NCBI GenBank assembly: GCA_964016885.1
Contig: OZ024754.1
Coordinates: forward strand, 18,414,001 to 18,478,000
Length of the DNA stretch: 64,000 nucleotides
Origin: Eledone cirrhosa
Taxonomy: Eukaryota
Reading direction: 5' to 3'
Numbering within the stretch: position 1 is the first letter of the stretch; each line of letters begins with the position of its first letter. Below the pieces are notes generated by a model that made no database searches, was not told the DNA's origin, and was given only the letters and a program-made list of their open reading frames with translations. The translations under genes and the position numbers were made by a program. Of this stretch, positions 54,501 to 64,000 are shown piece after piece.

Positions 54501-57500
54501 CAATACACACTCCTGCTCCCAATACACACACTCCTGCTCCCAATGCACACTCCTGCTCCCAATACACACACTCCTGCTCCCAATACACACTCCTGCTCCC
54601 AATACACACTCCTCCTCCCAATACACACTCCTGCTCCCAATACACACTCCTCCTCCCAATACACACTCCTGCTCCCAATACACACACTCCTGCTCCCAAT
54701 AAACACTCCTGCTCCCAATACACACTCCTGCTCCCAATACACACTCCTCCTCCCAATACACACTCCTGCTCCCAATACACACTCCTGCTCCCAATAAACA
54801 CTCCTGCTCCCAATACACACTCCTGCTCCCAATACACACACTCCTCCTCCCAATACACACTCCTGCTCCCAATACACACTCCTGCTCCCAATACACACTC
54901 CTGCTCCCAATACACACTCCTGCTCCCAATACACACTCCTGCTCCCAATAAACACTCCTGCTCGCAATACACACACTCCTGCTCTCAATACACACTCCTG
55001 CTCCCAATACACACTCCTGCTCCCAATACACACTCCTGCTCCCAATAAACACTCCTGCTCCCAATACACACACTCCTGCTCCCAATACACACTCCTGCTC
55101 CCAATACACACTCCTCCTCCCAATACACACTCCTGCTCCCAATACACACTCCTCCTCCCAATACACACTCCTGCTCCCAATACACACACTCCTGCTCCCA
55201 ATACACACTCCTGCTCCCAATACACACTCCTGCTCCCAATAAACACTCCTGCTCGCAATACACACACTCCTGCTCTCAATACACACTCCTGCTCCCAATA
55301 CACACACTCCTGCTCCCAATACACACTCCTGCTCCCAATACACACTCCTCCTCCCAATACACACTCCTGCTCCCAATACACACTCCTCCTCCCAATACAC
55401 ACTCCTGCTCCCAATACACACACTCCTGCTCCCAATACACACTCCTGCTCCCAATACACACTCCTGCTCCCAATACACACTCCTGCTCCCAATAAACACT
55501 CCTGCTCGCAATACACACACTCCTGCTCTCAATACACACTCCTGCTCCCAATACACACTCCTGCTCCCAATACACACTCCTGCTCCCAATAAACACTCCT
55601 GCTCCCAATACACACTCCTGCTCCCAATACACACTCCTGCTCCCAATACACACTCCTGCTCCCAATACACACTCCTGCTCCCAATACACACTCCTGCTCC
55701 CAATACACACACTCCTGCTCCCAATACACACTCCTGCTCCCAATACACACACTCCTGCTCCCAATACACACTCCTGCTCCCAATACACACTCCTCCTCCC
55801 AATACACACTCCTGCTCCCAATACACACTCCTCCTCCCAATACACACTCCTGCTCCCAATACACACACTCCTGCTCCCAATACACACTCCTGCTCCCAAT
55901 ACACACTCCTGCTCCCAATACACACTCCTGCTCCCAATACACACTCCTGCTCCCAATACACACACTCCTGCTCCCAATACACACTCCTGCTCCCAATACA
56001 CACTCCTCCTCCCAATACACACACTCCTGCTCCCAATACACACTCCTGCTCCCAATACACACTCCTGCTCCCAATACACACTCCTGCTCCCAATACACAC
56101 ACTCCTGCTCCCAATACACACTCCTGCTCCCAATACACACTCCTCCTCCCAATACACACACTCCTGCTCCCAATACACACTCCTCCTCCCAATACACACT
56201 CCTGCTCCCAATACACACTCCTCCTCCCAATACACACTCCTGCTCCCAATACACACACTCCTGCTCCCAATACACACTCCTGCTCCCAATACACACTCCT
56301 CCTCCCAATACACACTCCTGCTCCCAATACACACACTCCTGCTCCCAATAAACACTCCTGCTCCCAATACACACTCCTGCTCCCAATACACACACTCCTG
56401 CTCCCAATACACACTCCTGCTCCCAATACACACTCCTGCTCCCAATACACACTCCTGCTCCCAATACACACTCCTGCTCCCAATACACACTCCTGCTCCC
56501 AATACACACTCCTGCTCCCAATACACACACTCCTGCTCCCAATAAACACTCCTGCTCCCAATACACACTCCTGCTCCCAATACACACTCCTCCTCCCAAT
56601 ACACACTCCTGCTCCCAATACACACTCCTGCTCCCAATACACACTCCTGCTCCCAATACACACACTCCTGCTCCCAATACACACTCCTGCTCCCAATACA
56701 CACTCCTGCTCCCAATACACACACTCCTGCTCCCAATAAACACTCCTGCTCCCAATAAACACTCCTGCTCCCAATACACACTCCTGCTCCCAATACACAC
56801 TCCTGCTCCCAATACACACACTCCTGCTCCCAATACACACACTCCTGCTCCCAATAAACACTCCTGCTCCCAATAAACACTCCTGCTCCCAATACACACT
56901 CCTGCTCCCAATACACACTCCTGCTCCCAATACACACTCCTGCTCCCAATACACACACTCCTGCTCCCAATAAACACTCCTGCTCCCAATAAACACTCCT
57001 GCTCCCAATACACACACTCCTGCTCCCAATACACACTCCTGCTCCCAATACACACTCCTGCTCCCAATACACACACTCCTGCTCCCAATAAACACTCCTG
57101 CTCCCAATAAACACTCCTGCTCCCAATACACACTCCTGCTCCCAATACACACTCCTGCTCCCAATACACACACTCCTGCTCCCAATACACACACTCCTGC
57201 TCCCAATAAACACTCCTGCTCCCAATAAACACTCCTGCTCCCAATACACACTCCTGCTCCCAATACACACTCCTGCTCCCAATACACACTCCTGCTCCCA
57301 ATACACACACTCCTGCTCCCAATAAACACTCCTGCTCCCAATAAACACTCCTGCTCCCAATACACACTCCTGCTCCCAATAAACACTCCTGCTCCCAATA
57401 CACACTCCTGCTCCCAATACACACTCCTGCTCCCAATACACACTCCTGCTCCCAATACACACACTCCTGCTCCCAATACACACTCCTGCTCCCAATACAC

Positions 57501-60500
57501 ACTCCTGCTCCCAATACACACACTCCTGCTCCCAATAAACACTCCTGCTCCCAATAAACACTCCTGCTCCCAATACACACTCCTGCTCCCAATACACACT
57601 CCTGCTCCCAATACACACACTCCTGCTCCCAATAAACACTCCTGCTCCCAATACACACTCCTGCTCCCAATACACCCCCCTGCTCCCAATACACACTCCT
57701 GCTCCCAATACACACTCCTGCTCCCAATACACACACTCCTGCTCCCAATACACACACTCCTGCTCCCAATACACACTCCTGCTCCCAATACACACTCCTG
57801 CTCCCAATACACACACTCCTGCTCCCAATAAACACTCCTGCTCCCAATACACACTCCTGCTCCCAATACACACTCCTCCTCCCAATACACACTCCTGCTC
57901 CCAATACACACTCCTGCTCCCAATACACACTCCTGCTCCCAATACACACTCCTCCTCCCAATACACACTCCTGCTCCCAATACACACACTCCTGCTCCCA
58001 ATAAACACTCCTGCTCCCAATACACACTCCTGCTCCCAATACACCCCCCTGCTCCCAATACACACTCCTGCTCCCAATACACACTCCTGCTCCCAATACA
58101 CACACTCCTGCTCCCAATACACACACTCCTGCTCCCAATACACACTCCTGCTCCCAATACACACTCCTGCTCCCAATACACACTCCTGCTCCCAATACAC
58201 ACTCCTGCTCCCAATACACACTCCTGCTCCCAATACACACTCCTGCTCCCAATACACACTCCTGCTCCCAATACACACTCCTTCTCCCAATACACACTCA
58301 TCTGCTCCCAATACACACTCCTGCTCCCAATACACACACTCCTGCTCCCAATACACACTCCTGCTCCCAATACACACTCCTGCTCCCAATAAACACTCCT
58401 GCTCCCAATACACACTCCTGCTCCCAATACACACACTCCTGCTCCCAATACACACACTCCTGCTCCCAATACACACACTCCTGCTCCCAATACACACACT
58501 CCTGCTCCCAATACACACTCCTGCTTCCAATACACACACTCCTGCTCCCAATACACACACTCCAGCTCCCAATACACACTCCTGCTCCCAATACACACTC
58601 CTGCTCCCAATACACACACTCCTGCTCCCAATACACACACTCCTGCTCCCAATACACACTCCTGCTCCCAATACACACTCCTGCTCCCAATACACACACT
58701 CCTGCTCCCAATACACACTCCTGCTCCCAATACACACTCCTGCTCCCAATACACACACTCCTGCTCCCAATACACACACTCCTGCTCCCAATACACACTC
58801 CTGCTCCCAATACACACACTCCTGCTCCCAATACACACTCCTGCTCCCAATACACACTCCTGCTCCCAATACACACTCCTGCTCCCAATACACACACTCC
58901 TGCTCCCAATACACACTCCTGCTCCCAATACACACACTCCTGCTCCCAATACACACAATCCTGCTCCCAATAAACACTCCTGCTCCCAATACACACTCCT
59001 GCTCCCAATACACACTCCTGCTCCCAATACACACACTCCTGCTCCCAATACACACACTCCTGCTCCCAATACACACTCCTGCTCCCAATACACACACTCC
59101 TGCTCCCAATACACACTCATCTGCTCCCAATACACACACTCCTGCTCCCAATACACACTCCTGCTCCCAATACACTCTCCTGCTCCCAATACACACACTC
59201 CTGCTCCCAATACACACTCCTGCTCCCAATACACACTCATCTGCTCCCAATACACACACTCCTGCTCCCAATACACACTCCTGCTCACAATACACTCTCC
59301 TGCTCCCAATACACACACTCCTGCTCCCAATACACACTCCTGCTCCCAATACACACACTCCTGCTCCCAATAAACACTCCTGCTCCCAATACACACACTC
59401 CAGCTCCCAATACACACTCCTGCTCCCAATACACACTCCTGCTCCCAATACACACTCATCTTCTCCCAATACACACACTCCTGCTCCCAATACACACAGT
59501 CCTGCTCCCAATACACACTCCTGCTCCCAATACACACACTCCTGCTCCCAATACACACTCCTGCTCCCAATACACACTCCTGCTCCCAATACACACTCCT
59601 GCTCCCAATACACACACTCCTGCTCCCAAACACACACTCCTGCTCCCAATACACACTCCTGCTCCCAATACACACACTCCTGCTCCCAATACACACACTC
59701 CTGCTACCAATACACACACTCCTGCTCCCAATACACACACTCCTGCTCCCAATACACACTCCTGCTCCCAATACACACACTCCTGCTCCCAATACACACA
59801 CTCCTGCTCCCAATACACACTCCTGCTCCCAATACACACTCCTGCTCCCAATACACACTCCTGCTCCCAATACACACACTCCTGCTCCCAATACACACAC
59901 TCCTGCTCCCAATACACACTCCTGCTCACAATACACACTCCTGCTCCCAATACACACACTCCTGCTCCCAATACACACACTCCTGCTCCCAATACACACT
60001 CCTGCTCCCAATACACACACTACTGCTCCCAATACACACTCCTGCTCCCAATACACACACTCCTGCTCCCAATACACACACTCCTGCTCCCAATACACAC
60101 TCCTGCTCCCAATACACACACTCCTGCTCCCAATACACACTCCTGCTCCCAATACACACACTCCTGCTCCCAATACACACTCCTGCTCCCAATACACACA
60201 CTCCTGCTCCCAATACACACTCCTGCTCCCAATAATCACTCCTGCTCCCAATACACACACTCCTGCTCCCAATACACACACTCCTGCTCCCAATACACAC
60301 TCCTGCTCCCAATACACACACTCCTGCTCCCAATACACACTCCTGCTCCCAATGCACACTCTCCTGCTCCCAATACACAAACTCCTGCTCCCAATACACA
60401 CACTCCTGCTCCCAATACACACTCCTGCTCCCAATACACACACTCCTGCTCCCAATACACACACTCCTGCTCCCAATACACACTCCTGCTCACAATACAC

Positions 60501-63500
60501 ACGCCTGCTCCCAATACACACACTCCTGCTCCCAATACACACACTCCTGCTCCCAATACACACACTCCTGCTCCCAATACACACTCCTGCTCCCAATACA
60601 CACACTCCTGCTCCCAATACACACTCCTGCTCCCAATACACACACTCCTGCTCCCAATACACACACTCCTGCTCCCAATACACACTCCTGCTCACAATAC
60701 ACACTCCTGCTCCCAATACACACACTCCTGCTCCCAATACACACACTCCTGCTCCCAATACACACTCCTGCTCCCAATACACACTCTCCTGCTCCCAATA
60801 CACACACTCCTGCTCCCAATACACACACTCCTGCTCCCAATACACACACTCCTGCTCCCAATACACACTCCTGCTCCCAATACACACTCCTGCTCCCAAT
60901 ACACACACTCCTGCTCCCAATACACACACTCCTGCTCCCAATACACACTCCTGCTCACAATACACACTCCTGCTCCCAATACACACACTCCTGCTCCCAA
61001 TACACACACTCCTGCTCCCAATACACACTCCTGCTCCCAATACACACACTACTGCTCCCAATACACACTCCTGCTCCCAATACACACACTCCTGCTCCCA
61101 ATACACACTCCTGTTCCCAATACACACACTCCTGCTCCCAATACACACTCCTGCTCCCAATACACACACTCCTGCTCCCAATACACACTCCTGCTCCCAA
61201 TACACACACTCCTGCTCCCAATACACACACTCCTGCTCCCAATACACACTCCTGCTCCCAATACACACACTCCTGCTCCCAATACACACTCCTGCTCCCA
61301 ATACACACACTCCTGCTCCCAATACACACACTCCTGCTCCCAATACACACTCTCCTGCTTCCAATACACACACTCCTGCTCCCAATACACACTCCTGCTC
61401 CCAATACACACACTCCTGCTCCCAATACACACTCCTGCTCCCAATACACACTCTCCTGCTCCCAATACACACACTCCTGCTCCCAATACACACTCCTGCT
61501 CCCAATACACACACTCCTGCTCCCAATACACACTCCTGCTCCAATTACACACACTCCTGCTCCCAATACACACTCCTGCTCCCAATACACACTCCTGCTC
61601 CCAATACACACACTCCTGCTCCCAATACACACTCCTGCTCCCAATACACACTCTCCTGCTCCCAATACACACACTCCTGCTCCCAATACACACTCCTGCT
61701 CCCAATACACACACTCCTGCTCCCAATACACACTCCTGCTCCCAATACACACACTCCTGCTCCCAATACACACTCCTGATCCCAATACACACTCTCCTGC
61801 TCCCAATACACACACTCCTGCTCCCAATACACACTCCTGCTCCCAATACACACATTCCTGCTCCCAATACAGACTCCTGCTCCCAATACACACACTCCTG
61901 CTCCCAATACACACTCCTGCTCCCAATACACACTCCTGCTCCAATTACACACACTCCTGCTCCCAATACACACTCTCCTGCTCCCAATACACACACTCCT
62001 GCTCCCAATACACACTCCTGCTCCCAATACACACACTCCTGCTCCCAATACACACTCCTGCTCCCAATACACACTCTCCTGCTCCCAATACACACACTCC
62101 TGCTCCCAATACACACTCCTGCTCCCAATACACACACTCCTGCTCCCAATACAGACTCCTGCTCCCAATACACACTCCTGCTCCCAATACACACACTCCT
62201 GCTCCCAATACACACTCCTGCTCCCAATACACACTCTCCTGCTCCCAATACACACACTCCTGCTCCCAATACACACTCCTGCTCCCAATACACACTCCTG
62301 CTCCCAATACACACTCTCCTACTCCCAATACACACACTCCTGCTCCCAATACACACTCCTGCTCCCAATACACACTCCTGCTCCCAATACACACACTCCT
62401 GCTCCCAATACACACTCCTGCTCCCAATACACACTCTCCTGCTCCCAATACACACACTCCTGCTCCCAATACACACTCCTGCTCCCAATACACACTCCTG
62501 CTCCCAATACACACTCTCCTACTCCCAATACACACACTCCTGCTCCCAATACACACTCTCCTACTCCCAATACACACACTCCTGCTCCCAATACACACTC
62601 CTGCTCCCAATACACACTCTCCTACTCCCAATACACACACTCCTGCTCCCAATACACACTCCTGCTCCCAATACACACTCCTGCTCCCAATACACACTCC
62701 TGCTCCCAATACACACACTCCTGCTCCCAATACACACACTCCTGCTCCCAATACACACTCTCCTGCTTCCAATACACACACTCCTGCTCCCAATACACAC
62801 TCCTGCTCCCAATACACACACTCCTGCTCCCAATACACACTCCTGCTCCCAATACACACTCTCCTGCTCCCAATACACACACTCCTGCTCCCAATACACA
62901 CTCCTGCTCCCAATACACACTCTCCTGCTCCCAATACAGACTCCTGCTCCCAATACACACTCCTGCTCCAATTACACACACTCCTGCTCCCAATACACAC
63001 ACTCCTGCTCCCAATACACACTCCTGCTCCCAATACACACTCTCCTGCTCCCAATACACACACTCCTGCTCCCAATACACACACTCCTGCTCCCAATACA
63101 CACACTACTGCTCCCAATACACACACTCCTGCTCCCAATACACACTCCTGCTCCCAATACACACTCTCCTGCTCCCAATACACACTCCTGCTCCCAATAC
63201 ACACTCCTGCTCCCAATACACACTCCTGCTCCCAATACACACTCCTGCTCCCAATACACACACTCCTGCTCCCAATACACACTCCTGCTCCCAATACACA
63301 CTCTCCTGCTCCCAATACACACTCCTGCTCCCAATACACACTCCTGCTCCCAATACACACTCCTGCTCCCAATACACACTCCTGCTCCCAATACACACAC
63401 TCCTGCTCCCAATACACACTCCTGCTCCCAATACACACTCTCCTACTCCCAATACACACACTCCTGCTCCCAATACACACTCCTGCTCCCAATACACACT

Positions 63501-64000
63501 CCTGCTCCCAATACACACTCCTGCTCCCAATACACACACTCCTGCTCCCAATACACACACTCCTGCTCCCAATACACACTCTCCTGCTTCCAATACACAC
63601 ACTCCTGCTCCCAATACACACTCCTGCTCCCAATACACACACTCCTGCTCCCAATACACACTCCTGCTCCCAATACACACACTCCTGCTCCCAATACACA
63701 CTCCTGCTCCCAATACACACTCTCCTGCTCCCAATACAGACTCCTGCTCCCAATACACACTCCTGCTCCAATTACACACACTCCTGCTCCCAATACACAC
63801 ACTCCTGCTCCCAATACACACTCCTGCTCCCAATACACACACTCCTGCTCCCAATACACACACTCCTGCTCCCAATACACACACTACTGCTCCCAATACA
63901 CACACTCCTGCTCCCAATACACACTCCTGCTCCCAATACACACTCTCCTGCTCCCAATACACACTCCTGCTCCCAATACACACTCCTGCTCCCAATACAC
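39544..64000. repeat. 19/21-bp satellite, over 24 kb (about 1,200 units), continues past the window
   Basis: ACACTCCTGCTCCCAATAC with 21-mer variants ACACTCTCCTGCTCCCAATAC and ACACACTCCTGCTCCCAATAC. Confidence 0.99.

Noticed and set aside
39257-63995. Giant minus-strand ORFs (up to 7404 aa) of VYWEQECVLGAGVCIGSRS repeats
   Set aside because: Translation of a satellite lacking stop codons on the G-rich strand; all three frames give the same peptides, and some calls run through the N gap

Overview
Repeat-dominated, AT-rich animal genomic DNA; the SINE/RTE families and very long (AT)n arrays look like octopus/cephalopod sequence (recognition from memory, not verified). No intact host protein-coding gene is supported. 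Bases 1.2-20.2 kb are a mosaic of (AT)n/(AC)n arrays separating RTE-clade LINE fragments (one APE endonuclease half, one RT half carrying an in-frame PHD finger), tRNA-derived SINEs sharing the RTE 3' tail, a Helitron, a Penelope-like RT fragment and short unique islands. Several islands contain type I hammerhead ribozyme folds (best at 5283-5363; others at 6367-6443, 9220-9336, 11056-11121, and one truncated at its cleavage site at 19282); these are the main finding. Bases 20-39 kb hold three TTAA-flanked MITE families, a hAT MITE inside a minisatellite, old SINE/RTE relics, a 3.1-kb 29-bp satellite and small minisatellites. After a 200-N gap, 39544-64000 is one 19/21-bp satellite with variant domains and higher-order duplications. 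All giant ORFs in the track are repeat artefacts.
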